A stretch of DNA of 64,000 nt from an uncultured Acidobacteriota bacterium (GTDB taxonomy: Bacteria; Acidobacteriota; Terriglobia; Terriglobales; Acidobacteriaceae): assembly GCA_963800195.1 (NCBI GenBank), contig CAWCZZ010000005.1:18483-82482 (forward strand), written 5' to 3'. Positions 1 to 9,327 of the stretch are shown here, in pieces; positions within the stretch are counted from its first letter, which is position 1; each line of letters opens with the position of its first letter. The notes under the pieces were generated by a model, which saw only the letters and a program-made list of their open reading frames with translations, did no database searches and was not told the origin of the DNA. A program made the translations under genes and the position numbers.

Positions 1-327
1 GAGGACCCAAACGCGCGGTTCGGAACTGAGATTCCCAGTGGTAGCGGTGGCAGCATAGACCTTGTGGTCAAAACTGTCGAGGGATTCTTCGATTTGTACG
101 AAGTCAAACCCGCGGATGCAGCCCGCCACGCCATTCGGCAGGCGCTTCCACAGCTCCTTGAGTACGCTTTCCGGTCCGAAAATCCAAAAATACGGAACCT
201 CTATATCGTTTCCAATGCTGATTTGGATATCGTTTCTGAGAAGTTCTTGCGCAAACTGCAGGCTCGGAATCTCCCCGTCTACTATCGGCACGTGCCTTGT
301 GTTCTGACTGAAATATCTGACAAATAA
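1..327 (+). CDS. C-terminal fragment of a PD-(D/E)XK (NucS/DUF91-like) nuclease-fold protein; 5-prime end lies outside the window
   Basis: Frame 1 is open from base 1 to the stop at 325-327; track ORF 64..327 is its tail. The translation GSGGSIDLVVKTVEGFFDLYEVKP...RQALPQLLEYA has a D-x(n)-E-x-K layout typical of this fold. Convergent with the pAgo gene. Confidence 0.3.
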   Translation, partial: EDPNARFGTEIPSGSGGSIDLVVKTVEGFFDLYEVKPADAARHAIRQALPQLLEYAFRSENPKIRNLYIVSNADLDIVSEKFLRKLQARNLPVYYRHVPCVLTEISDK

Positions 328-510
328 GACAAGGCGGCTTGCAATTTTGGTGGTTCCTGCCAGTGTCGGTACCGACAAGTCGGCATCGCAACTGGAATCT
401 CGCGACCACGTCCCGGACTGACCATCGGCGTCGTGGTCGGCGTTTCACAGTACCTATTCTGGGATCGATCCGCCTACCTGGTCTTCGGCAGCTTGGCGTC
501 GAACGAACAG

Positions 511-1920
511 TTACATATAGAAACTGTATCGAGGCTCTATTCGTTGACCTTCTGTACAGTGCTTCAAAACTTTTCCTACACCCGCTGCCGCCGTAATAGT
601 CAAAGGCATGCTGCCATCGAATTGTGTGCTGTTCCAGTTCATTTTCGTTAGCGCGAGGATTTCCTTTGCAAGCGCAAGCGGCGTTTCCTCCCCGCCAGCG
701 ATGGTAACCTCAATCGGTCGAGGGACATATAAACCTGGATAGGTCTCGAAAAATGGGACACTGCCTTTGGTATAGAGACAGAAGCTTCTCGAACTCGCTT
801 GCAAGAAGGTCCCGCGAAGCGGAGGATATACGCCATCGCGGTAAAGTCGGATATTCGAATCGGTAACGTGCAGAAAATCGAAAATATCAACGCCTGCCTG
901 ATGCATCGCGGATTTTGCACCCGCTAATTCGTCCGCTGAAAACGCAGAACTCTTATGAACTACAACCCTCGCCGGAAGTGTTTATGCATTTCGCGGTATC
1001 GCGCTAGAGAGTTCTTGAGTAGTCCCTCACAATCTTTTCTTCTCAGATGTGGCTGCCGATCTTCTTTCGACAGCGCGGCGGCCCCGCCACGCACAACGAT
1101 GCCTTCACCTAATTCGTTGAAGACCTGGGCCATACTCGTAGTCAGGCGCGACTGATCGAGGGTCTCGAAGAAACTGATGCCGACGAAGCAAGAGGCAAGC
1201 TGATATGGGTCTCGTTGAAGTCTCCAGGGGTACCACCCGCCTTGTAGTAGAGAGCCGAGAAAAAGTTCCACGCTCTGGTCGCCTCATCCTGAAGTGGCCG
1301 TGGTGTTCCTGCACGCTTCTGTTCTTGGCTTTCGATTCGTCGTACGTACCCGGAAGAACTAGCTGAATAGGTATACGCAATTGCATCGAGCGAGCCTTCA
1401 AGAGATGGTGCAAGTCCATTCTTCCAGGTGACCGCCGTTCTTCCGAGAGGAGCTCAAGTAATTCAAGGGGAATGGCGCACACTATGACATCCGGCTTTGC
1501 GTTCTCGCAGAGAACTTCCATCTCGCTGAGAAAAAGCTGCGTAGCCGATTCAATTCGAAGGTTCATATCGGCAACCGCGCTCAGTTTCGAGATTGAGCCT
1601 CCAGCGATGTTTCTTATCAACGCTCGATCTGTCTCAAAGAGGCAACAAAACGAACTTGAAGAGGAGATTGGAGGAAATGCCGGAAATAGATTAGGCTGTT
1701 TGCTCTCTTTCCGTCCAATGCCAAGTTTGCATTTCTCGATCCAAAGCGAGGCTGCCTCGGTTGTTTCAGCAGTGCCAATTAGTCCAATCTGAATTCGCTT
1801 GGGCGCCCGTGGCGATTGCATATCGAAAGGGCCGTAATCACGAATGCCAAAACGAATATCGATATGTCGGGCATTCCCGCCGAACTCCAATTCCGGTTCT
1901 TCCAATATCGACAGATTCAT
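511..1920 (-). pseudogene. short prokaryotic Argonaute (MID-PIWI only), reading frame broken at 3 or more places (true pseudogene or assembly indels)
   Basis: Minus-strand ORFs 1105..1920, 960..1271 and 511..906, plus one short segment in the third frame, join into one protein of about 470 aa. The pieces read MNLSILEEPELEFGGN...LKARSMQLRIPIQLVLPGTY / LQDEATRAWNFFSALYYKAGGTP / WRLQRDPYQLASCFVGISFF...MAQVFNELGEG / VVVHKSS...MHQAGVDIFDF...LALTKMNWNSTQFDGSMPLTI. There is no N or PAZ region. The ATG overlaps the upstream stop (ATGA). Confidence 0.75.
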
Positions 1921-3299
1921 AACCCAAGCTCTCCCTGTTCCAGATCTTCTGCTTGCTCTTGCTCCGGATCCATCTGCTTTTCAGCATCTTCCCGCTTGAG
2001 CCAGTCAGAATCATTGAATCCGCTATCCACCTTGAATTGCAGGAGAGGGAAAAACTTCAGCTGGTTACTTTGATTGAACAAGTTCTCTGTCTGGACGACT
2101 GCGCCCCACATCACGACTTGCCCGTGAACCGCCTGGTTGTTTTCAAGGCGTTTGATTCCACTTAGCGCATCAGAACTGAATCGGCTGTCATTCCACCCGT
2201 CCCGCGTGAACCGATAGGTTGGCGTAATCTGCAAAAACCAGTTTCCGTCCAGTTGCAAGAAGTGACCAGTGAACGCCGAATGGCGGTAATAGGAGGTCTT
2301 GCTCGGATCTAGCTTCGATTGATACCGCTTGAAGACATCACGGCTTGCCTCCTTTCGCCGACTCATGTACTTCCGGCTAACGTCCGAAAGATCATCACTC
2401 GCCCGATGATAAAAACATCCGAGCAGCTTTGAGTAATAGATGTCGTCTTCGCGAAGCTGTTCCTGAAGCGTGACGTTCAAAAGCTCGACGAAAAGGTTTC
2501 GACGAACAGGATCCGTATTCAATGACCATTCGAAAGTGAGATCACTTTCAACTGTGCCAGTTTCCGCGACAGGTTCCCATCGATTCTCCGAAAGGTCAAA
2601 AAAAGAGTAGATCGTCTGATCGTGGACGATAAAGGCGCGTGCCACTTTTCCGTTGGGGTGAGCCGCATAGAGCTCATTCAACGCATCCTTACGTGACGAC
2701 TGAATGGCGCGTGCTCGGAAATAGCGATTAGGGAATTCGCGAATGGGCAGCAAGTCCGAAAAGATGACCTCCCGTCGTGGCTTCGCGCCCAGGTAATACC
2801 CGCCATCGGTCGGGACAGCGATTCGCTTCAGACATTCTGCGGCTGACAAATCGAAAACATCGTCCAACTTTGAAAAGCGAATGGTCTTGCTGGCCTTGCG
2901 CTGTGGGTCGGCGAAGTAGTCGCGTATGGAAACCCAGTACGCTTCATCCGTCCTTGGCCGCGAGCATATCAAAATTACCGGAAGGTTTCCCCGAAGCCAA
3001 TACTGGAGATCTCTGTCGCTGCATCCAAAACTAAAGTGACTGGGCGTTTCGGATTGGAATGCCCCATCAGTCGCCTTGCTTTGCACCGAAATTACGAGAT
3101 TGGTGACCTCGCCGGATTCCGCGCGGATTTCTAGCCGACCATCAATGCCGGCTTCGACGCCGCCGGACGGATACCAGAGATATCCCATCTCCAGAAGGCG
3201 GCGCTCGATGATGTTGACGCCAAGAGCGCCCGTGATGTCGCTCTTCCCGATCTTTTTGGGGCCACCGACACGCTGGGTCATGGATAGTCCGTCCGGCAA
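1917..3299 (-). CDS. DUF4365 (Mrr/DREN-type PD-(D/E)XK nuclease) fused to an APAZ-like region; effector partner of the short pAgo (SPARDA-type)
   Basis: Intact 460-aa ORF. The N-terminus GALGVNIIERRLLEMGYLWYPSGGVEAGIDGRLEIR...LVISVQSKAT matches the DUF4365 D...E...QxK pattern. About 300 aa of C-terminal region has the size and position of APAZ. The gene sits directly upstream of the pAgo and is translationally coupled to it. Confidence 0.7.
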   Translation of the reverse strand: MPDGLSMTQRVGGPKKIGKSDITGALGVNIIERRLLEMGYLWYPSGGVEAGIDGRLEIRAESGEVTNLVISVQSKATDGAFQSETPSHFSFGCSDRDLQYWLRGNLPVILICSRPRTDEAYWVSIRDYFADPQRKASKTIRFSKLDDVFDLSAAECLKRIAVPTDGGYYLGAKPRREVIFSDLLPIREFPNRYFRARAIQSSRKDALNELYAAHPNGKVARAFIVHDQTIYSFFDLSENRWEPVAETGTVESDLTFEWSLNTDPVRRNLFVELLNVTLQEQLREDDIYYSKLLGCFYHRASDDLSDVSRKYMSRRKEASRDVFKRYQSKLDPSKTSYYRHSAFTGHFLQLDGNWFLQITPTYRFTRDGWNDSRFSSDALSGIKRLENNQAVHGQVVMWGAVVQTENLFNQSNQLKFFPLLQFKVDSGFNDSDWLKREDAEKQMDPEQEQAEDLEQGELGL

Positions 3300-3542
3300 T
3301 AAATGCTTTAATTCTAGTGCATTATTGGCGTAGCAAGAATTGCCCTCCAGGTTTCGGACAGGTTCGGGGCTTTTCCCGGCCGCAGGTCGTCGGTAACCAT
3401 GAAGTCGGCTACCTCCCCGGTTGGGCGTCTTGACGCTCTTTTTGGGCTCACGTAACGGTATAGTGACCGGTCAGTGTCATACCGAGATTCTCGATCAGTT
3501 CGGCAGGAGCTAAGGTTAGGCTGTGCATTGGGAGCGAGAGCC

Positions 3543-4400
3543 ATGGAGGCATTCAAGTATTCTGACCTGCTTCTTCGCTTAGCAGGTTTCGACGCGTGGC
3601 TGACTGGCCTAGGATTGACGCTGCATCCGAACGACCGCATTCACGAAGCTATCAAAACTCTTCACAGGGCGGAAGAGGCGAGTCGCAAAGGACGAGAAAC
3701 TGGGGTCTACATCGATATTCAACCCCGGGACTGGTTCCCGATTATCGAAGCACTTGAAGCACATGATGTCTTTACTGCCTTTCAGAACGACCCGTCACCC
3801 GCGATTGCTGCAGCACTGAAAAGAGCTCTATCCGGCCCGATCCACCCGATTAACGAAAGCCCGAAGAACAGCGATGGTAGGAATATTTGGTATGAACTCG
3901 CACTTGCAGCCGAATGGAGATTGCGGGGTGCTTCGGTTATCGTGGAAGAGCCGGACTTGCGACTCACTAGAAATAGCGTCACATTTCTGGTGGCGTGCAA
4001 GCGACCAGCGAAGGAACAGAGCATTCACGCAAATATTCGCGACGCGATAGAGCAGCTTCAACAAACCTTGGACAAGACACCGCATGGCGCTTTTGGAGTC
4101 GCTGCGATTTCTCTTACTTGTGTATTCAATCCCGGAGACAAGGTTTTCTCGGGAGAGATGAAGGCGCTAGGAAAGCTCCTCGAAAATGAACTCGATAAAC
4201 ACCGGCGGTACCTTCGGTCGGTGGATGATCCCAGAATCTGCTGCGTTGTGTTTCATATTGCGACGCCTTGTGTTGGTGGCGAAATCGTTGATCTGGCGCG
4301 GGCAACGTACAGCGTTGCGCAGGAGCTGAAACACTCTTCCATCGGCTCGAGGACCTTTCGGGAACATGCACTAGATATGCGTAGTAGCCGTAGATGTTGA
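3543..4400 (+). CDS. hypothetical protein with a possible restriction-endonuclease-like core
   Basis: ORF 3474..4400. The ATG at 3543 is preceded by gggag. The segment NIWYELALAAEWRLRG...VEEPDLRL...TFLVACKRP resembles an E...PD...xK core. Divergent from the DUF4365-APAZ gene. Confidence 0.45.
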   Translation: MEAFKYSDLLLRLAGFDAWLTGLGLTLHPNDRIHEAIKTLHRAEEASRKGRETGVYIDIQPRDWFPIIEALEAHDVFTAFQNDPSPAIAAALKRALSGPIHPINESPKNSDGRNIWYELALAAEWRLRGASVIVEEPDLRLTRNSVTFLVACKRPAKEQSIHANIRDAIEQLQQTLDKTPHGAFGVAAISLTCVFNPGDKVFSGEMKALGKLLENELDKHRRYLRSVDDPRICCVVFHIATPCVGGEIVDLARATYSVAQELKHSSIGSRTFREHALDMRSSRRC

Positions 4401-4407
4401 GAGCGGT

Positions 4408-4430
4408 GCTTCGCTTTAGCGAAGCTTATT
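4408..4430 (+). terminator. weak hairpin terminator after the 3543..4400 gene
   Basis: gcttcgc-ttta-gcgaagc followed by ttatt, 8 nt after the stop codon. Confidence 0.3.
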
Positions 4431-4799
4431 CGGTACGCCACGCAGACTTCGCTACTAGCCCAAAAGCGGCCCGCGTCAGAAAAGTTTGAAAGGCTTGCAA
4501 GCGATGCGAACTCAGACCTTATTCGACCGCAATAGGTGACATCAAACCGGCTGAACCAGCAGCAAAGTCGTTTTGAGGCGATGTCCACTCGTCTGCCAGA
4601 AAACTGCAGACGAGAAAATAGCTGACCATCCTCTGCGCTCCAATCGCGGTTGCCCGCCACATTTTCTTGTCTACGCTCTGCCGCGGACACTCCCTAACAG
4701 CTGGCGTTCTACTTCTTGCAATGGAATCCTGTCGCCGATCGCCAATGCGAATGCGTAAGGCGAGGCAACTCTGCATTGAGTAAAACGGAGCGAGATCGA

Positions 4800-5033
4800 A
4801 TGGAAACGATATCAGTGAGACGAGCTGCCGCGGAGCTGCGCTGCACCATCACCTACGTGTATCAGCTCTTATGGGCGGGAAGAATCGACGGAGCAACCAA
4901 AGTGGGACGGCAATGGAAGATTCCGTCGGAAGCCATCAACAAGAGAGTGTCCTCAAGCCAAGCGATCGCGGCCACGATCGCCAGCCCGAAATTGAATGCC
5001 AAAAACCGCGCACCGCGCCTGGAGAGTCTATGA
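4800..5033 (+). CDS. excisionase/MerR-type helix-turn-helix DNA-binding protein
   Basis: METISVRRAAAELRCTITYVYQLLWAGRIDGATKVGRQWKIP is an excisionase-family HTH pattern. The RBS acggag lies upstream of the ATG at 4800. Confidence 0.55.
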   Translation: METISVRRAAAELRCTITYVYQLLWAGRIDGATKVGRQWKIPSEAINKRVSSSQAIAATIASPKLNAKNRAPRLESL

Positions 5034-5263
5034 CCACAATTGCTTTGCGTAATCAACTAGTTAGCACCAAAGAAGCCTCCGAGATCCTGGGCCGTTCGCC
5101 GGCCACGCTGAAGCGCTGGCGCTACGAAGGGGACGGGCCAAAGTATGTAGAAATCCGGCGCAGAATCCGCTACGATGTCTCCGTTCTTCAGGAGTACATC
5201 CGGACGAACACACGAGTGCCTTCCGTGCGGGCTGCATTGGAGGAGATTCGTGGAAGTATTTAA
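5030..5263 (+). CDS. AlpA/excisionase-type helix-turn-helix protein
   Basis: MTTIALRNQLVSTKEASEILGRSPATLKRWRYEGDGPKYVEIRRRIRYDVSVLQEYI. Overlaps the stop of the previous gene and runs into the integrase start. Confidence 0.55.
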   Translation: MTTIALRNQLVSTKEASEILGRSPATLKRWRYEGDGPKYVEIRRRIRYDVSVLQEYIRTNTRVPSVRAALEEIRGSI

Positions 5264-6293
5264 ACAAAAGAAGTCGAAGTTCTGGTGGTATGACTTCGCC
5301 GTCCGGGGCAAAAGATTTCGAAGGTCCACGGGCGAGACGAACAAAAATAGGGCAGAGAAAATCGCGTCCTTGAAGTTCGCTGAGATTTGCGAGCACGGAG
5401 ATCCTCTTCCAAGGAAGGCTCCCACCGTGCTCGAAGTGTCAAAGCGCTTTTTGGAATCGGTGGACGATTCCCGGCTGGTGGAGAATTCCAAACTGTATTA
5501 CCACCGTGGATGGCGTCTTCTGTCAAAAACGCCCGTCATTGGACTGCGCCTGGATTTGGTGACGAACGAGGTTGCCGGGACTCTCCGGTTTGGGGGATCG
5601 CCGGCCACCACCAACTGCGCGTTGCGGACTCTGCGAAGACTCCTGCACAAAGCCGAGGATTGGAAGCTGATTCGGAGAGCACCGAAGATCAAGTTGGTCA
5701 ACGAGCAGGCGCGCAGCTTGCGTTTGGACGAAACGGCCGAGCGCAAACTTTTGGAAGCTGCTGCTCTTTGCAAGTGGAGGAGCAAGAGAACCCTGGAGCG
5801 GTTTACCCAAGTCTTGATCTTGGCCCGGGATACCGGAATGCGCAATGAGAAGGAGCTCTATCGGATGCGCATTGAGGATCTTTACTGGGACCAGCGGCTC
5901 ATCCATGTGGTGGACAGCAAGACCGAGAACGGCATCAGGTACGTACCGATGAGCGACCGGGTTTTTACAGTGTTGAAGACGCTTTGCGGGACCAGGAAAA
6001 AGGGCTGGGTGTTCGCGTCCAAGCGATCTGAATCCGGACATCTGACCACGATGGCCGCGAAGTTTCGCCAGGCACGCGAGAAGGCCGGACTGCCCAAGAA
6101 ATTGGTGTTGTATTGTGGCCGGCATGACTTCGGAACACGAGTTCTGAAGAATACCGGGAATCTGAAGCTGGTCATGAGTGCGATGGGGCACGTGGACGTC
6201 AAGACCGCGATGAAGTATCAGCATCCGGAACTTGGTATTGTGCGCTCGGCGCTCAACGACAGTAATCATGCGGTGTTGCCGCCAAGTGCGTAG
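5250..6293 (+). CDS. int: tyrosine-type site-specific recombinase (phage integrase family)
   Basis: GTG at 5250 follows aggag. Catalytic signature pieces are ARDTGMR, CGRHDFGTR (HxxR) and MGHVDVKTAMKYQH (Tyr). Ends 68 nt from the tRNA. Confidence 0.85.
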   Translation: MEVFKQKKSKFWWYDFAVRGKRFRRSTGETNKNRAEKIASLKFAEICEHGDPLPRKAPTVLEVSKRFLESVDDSRLVENSKLYYHRGWRLLSKTPVIGLRLDLVTNEVAGTLRFGGSPATTNCALRTLRRLLHKAEDWKLIRRAPKIKLVNEQARSLRLDETAERKLLEAAALCKWRSKRTLERFTQVLILARDTGMRNEKELYRMRIEDLYWDQRLIHVVDSKTENGIRYVPMSDRVFTVLKTLCGTRKKGWVFASKRSESGHLTTMAAKFRQAREKAGLPKKLVLYCGRHDFGTRVLKNTGNLKLVMSAMGHVDVKTAMKYQHPELGIVRSALNDSNHAVLPPSA

Positions 6294-6360
6294 CCAAAAT
6301 CGGCTACGTCATACTTTACGTCATACCGTTAAATCTCAACTTTGTAAGTTATTGAAAAGA

Positions 6361-6437
6361 TGGTGGGCCTGGTAGGGATTCGAACCTACAACCAAAGGAT
6401 TATGAGTCCTCTGCTCTGACCGTTGAGCTACAGGCCC
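6361..6437 (-). tRNA. tRNA with CAT anticodon, either elongator Met or Ile2 (lysidine) type
   Basis: The reverse complement GGGCCTGTAGCTCAACGGTCAGAGCAGAGGACTCATAATCCTTTGGTTGTAGGTTCGAATCCCTACCAGGCCCACCA folds as a cloverleaf with an encoded CCA. The acceptor pairs C4-G69 and C5-G68 resemble tRNA-Ile2. Confidence 0.85.
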
Positions 6438-6668
6438 TTTCAAACCTTCCGCTGCACGCGTGCAGACGGTGAACTTAGTTTAACTCACCTGGTGCGTCGC
6501 CGGAGAATCCCGGCTCTAATCGATTTTCACTCACGAATTGATGATCTTGATTTGGAGTTGACCGATGGCCTTTGCCGGCCGGTTCTACGTTTGGCGGGGG
6601 CACGGAAACCGCGGCGTCAGCATGAAGAGCCGCCCGCCGAGGCGGCTCTCGTGCGCAGGAAAACGGCG

Positions 6669-9149
6669 TTAGCTGGTGAACGCTAACGAGAGTAGGGTAC
6701 GTTGCTCCATCTGGTGAGCCTTGGCGGAGCCGGTGGCGGGGCTGGCCGCCGCCTGCCGCTTGATGGATAGCACGGGAAGGTTCGCTCCCGCCAGGCGGCG
6801 CAGGCGCGGATTCACAAAACTGAGCGCGCCCATGTTGGCTGGTTCCTCCTGCACCCACACCAGATCATGTGCGTTCTTGTAAGGCGCTATTGCGTCCAAA
6901 ATGTCCCGTTCCGGGAAGGGATAGAGCTGGTCCAGAAATAGGATTGCCGTGCTGGTGTTTTTCAGGCGTTTGCGCTCAGCCTCTAAATCGTGGCCGATCT
7001 TGCCGGTGCAGAGCAGAACGCGCGAGACATCGGAGGGTGAAATGTGGCTGTCCGGCACGACGGTCTGGAAGCGCCCTGCGCTCAGCGCGCTCAGCTCGCT
7101 GGCCGCGTCAGGATGACGCAACATGCTCTTTGGCGTGAAGCAAACCAGCGGCTTGCGCCACTTGCGCAGAGCCTGGCGGCGCAGCAGGTGGAAGAATTGT
7201 GCCGACGAAGATGGCTGGCATACCTGCATGTTGTCCCGTGCACACAGTTGCAGGTAGCGCTCGATGCGGGCGCTGGAGTGCTCCGGTCCCTGGCCCTCGT
7301 AGCCGTGCGGCAGCAGCAGAACCAGTCCCGAGAGCAGGCCCCATTTCTCTTCGCCCGCGCTGATGAACTGATCGATGACAATCTGCGCGCCGTTGGCAAA
7401 GTCTCCGAACTGCGCTTCCCATAGCGTCAGCGCCTCCGGAAAATCGCGGCTGAATCCATACTCAAAGCCGAGCACCGCGGCTTCTGAGAGCTCGGAGTTG
7501 TAGATCTCGATCATCGCCTGGTCGGGCGAGAGGTGCGCCAGCGGCATGTATTCACTCTCGTTCTCAACGTCGATGAGATAGGAGTGGCGATGGCTGAAAG
7601 TACCACGGCGCGAGTCCTGTCCACTCATCCGGATCGGGACGCCACTGGTGACCAGGCTGGCAAAGGCCAGCGCCTCGGCCATGCCGTAATCGATAAGGCG
7701 CTTGCCCGCCGCCATCTCCTGGCGCTGCTTGAGCAGGGCGGCAACCTTGGGATGGATGTGGAACTCCGCCGGATATTCGCCAAGCTTCATGCCAAGGCGC
7801 GTCAGCTCTTCCTCTGCCACCCCAGTATCAATCTCGTCGTCGGGCGTCCATTTGCCTCCAACGTATCCATCCCAGTAATCGGGGAGTTTGTAGAGCTTGG
7901 GCTTTTTGGTCATGGCCTTGGCCTCGACCTTGGCCTGCTGATAGCGCTCCCGGGATTCTGCAACCTGGCTCGCTACGTCAACGCCCAGACGCTTGGCGTA
8001 AATTTCATAGAGGGGCGGATGGGCCTTGATCTTGGCATACACAATGGGCTGCGTAATCGTGGGATCATCGACCTCGGAATGTCCATGGCGGCGGTAGCCA
8101 ATCAGGTCGATGAGAACATCGGAACCGAACTGGTAGCGATACTCAAGCGCGAGACGGCCGATGCGAACCACCGCCTCAGGGTCTTCTGCGTTGACGTGGA
8201 AGATAGGAATCGGCAGCCGCTTGGCGAGGTCGCTGGCGAAGCGTCCGCTGGCGTAATCGCAGGGATTGGTTGTGAAGCCGATCAGATTGTTGACGATGAT
8301 GTTGATGGTGCCGCCGACCTCGTAAGCGGGCAGGCAGCTCATGTTGAGGGTCTCGGCCCAGATACCCTGTCCCGCAAAGGCGGAATCGCCGTGCATCAGG
8401 ATAGGTAGCGTCTGGCGTTTGCCTTCTGCGCCGCGGCGGGTCTGCTTGGCACGCACTCTTCCCAGCGCTACCGGATCGACCGCCTCCAGATGGCTGGGAT
8501 TGCTGACCAGATGAATTCTCATGCGCTGGCCGTTGAAGTCGCGGAAGCCTGTGGCACCCAGATGATACTTCACGTCTCCGCCGCCCAGAGTCGAGCGCGG
8601 GTCAACGTCTTCAAAGCCGGCGTAAATATCGCTCGCCGAGCGGCCCACGGTATTGCGCACCACGGTAAGGCGTCCGCGATGGCTCATCGCCATCACGCAC
8701 TCTTCGGCGCCGTGTGAGGCGGCTCCGGTGAGGATCTCCTCCAGCAGCGGGATCAGCGAGGTATTGCCTTCCAGCGAGAATCGCTTGGTGCCGATGTAGA
8801 GTGTCTGCAACATCTGCTCAAAAATATCGGCTTCCACCAGCTGCTCGAGGATGGCTTTACTATCGACCTCGGGCTGCGCTCCTTCCAGACGGTCGATGAT
8901 CCATTGGCGCCGCTCAGGGTCGGGAATGTGCATGAACTCGGCGCCAACGGTGCCGCAGTAAATTTCGCGTGCCCGCTCCGCCTCCGGGCCGCTGATTCTA
9001 AGTGCGGGATAATCAAGCCGGGGAAAGTGGCCGAGTGGGTCGAGGTCGGCCTGCAGGTATCCCCAGCGACGGAAAAGATCGTAGATAAGTTCTGCCGGTT
9101 TGCCTTCCGGACTGACTTCAGCAGATGAAATAACTTGAGCCTGCGACAC
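6669..9149 (-). CDS. sucA: 2-oxoglutarate dehydrogenase E1 component
   Basis: Track ORF 6669..9218 contains GAEFMHI, LEGNTSLIPLL, HGDSAFAGQG and GYRRHGHSE motifs. The likely start is the GTG at 9149, which has aggag 4 nt upstream. Confidence 0.85.
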   Translation of the reverse strand: MSQAQVISSAEVSPEGKPAELIYDLFRRWGYLQADLDPLGHFPRLDYPALRISGPEAERAREIYCGTVGAEFMHIPDPERRQWIIDRLEGAQPEVDSKAILEQLVEADIFEQMLQTLYIGTKRFSLEGNTSLIPLLEEILTGAASHGAEECVMAMSHRGRLTVVRNTVGRSASDIYAGFEDVDPRSTLGGGDVKYHLGATGFRDFNGQRMRIHLVSNPSHLEAVDPVALGRVRAKQTRRGAEGKRQTLPILMHGDSAFAGQGIWAETLNMSCLPAYEVGGTINIIVNNLIGFTTNPCDYASGRFASDLAKRLPIPIFHVNAEDPEAVVRIGRLALEYRYQFGSDVLIDLIGYRRHGHSEVDDPTITQPIVYAKIKAHPPLYEIYAKRLGVDVASQVAESRERYQQAKVEAKAMTKKPKLYKLPDYWDGYVGGKWTPDDEIDTGVAEEELTRLGMKLGEYPAEFHIHPKVAALLKQRQEMAAGKRLIDYGMAEALAFASLVTSGVPIRMSGQDSRRGTFSHRHSYLIDVENESEYMPLAHLSPDQAMIEIYNSELSEAAVLGFEYGFSRDFPEALTLWEAQFGDFANGAQIVIDQFISAGEEKWGLLSGLVLLLPHGYEGQGPEHSSARIERYLQLCARDNMQVCQPSSSAQFFHLLRRQALRKWRKPLVCFTPKSMLRHPDAASELSALSAGRFQTVVPDSHISPSDVSRVLLCTGKIGHDLEAERKRLKNTSTAILFLDQLYPFPERDILDAIAPYKNAHDLVWVQEEPANMGALSFVNPRLRRLAGANLPVLSIKRQAAASPATGSAKAHQMEQRTLLSLAFTS

Positions 9150-9327
9150 TGTGCTCCTGGCCCGAAACAAATCTCCGGGACTTGGCTGACATGAACAACG
9201 ACGCTCAGCCCACCGCAAAGGTTATCAAATCTTAAAGAAAGTGGGCCACATAGTTGGATTCGCCACGCCCGCCGCAGGATTGAGAAATTTAGATGCCGCC
9301 AGTTCATACGGGCATCTTGCAAGGGTG

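Larger units (their letters stand above)
1..6437. mobile_element. tRNA-linked integrative genomic island; right end at the tRNA 3-prime end, left end not found in the window
   Basis: A tyrosine integrase reads toward the 3-prime end of a tRNA 68 nt away. Two excisionase-type HTH genes lie just upstream. The cargo is pAgo/nuclease genes unrelated to the flanking core genes (sucA, his). No second copy of the tRNA 3-prime segment is visible in 1..5250. Confidence 0.5.

Noticed and set aside
6423-6858. ORFs 6423..6686 (+) and 6475..6858 (-) between the tRNA and sucA
   Set aside because: They overlap the tRNA and the sucA 3-prime end, and they give Arg/Pro-rich translations with no similarity to anything I recognise.
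7533-8408. 291-aa plus-strand ORF inside sucA, with similar long antisense ORFs at 9241..10146, 11415..12389, 18032..18988, 20378..21088 and 25125..26258
   Set aside because: All are antisense to genes with strong family signatures and have no recognisable domains. They are the expected stop-codon-poor antisense frames of GC-rich DNA.
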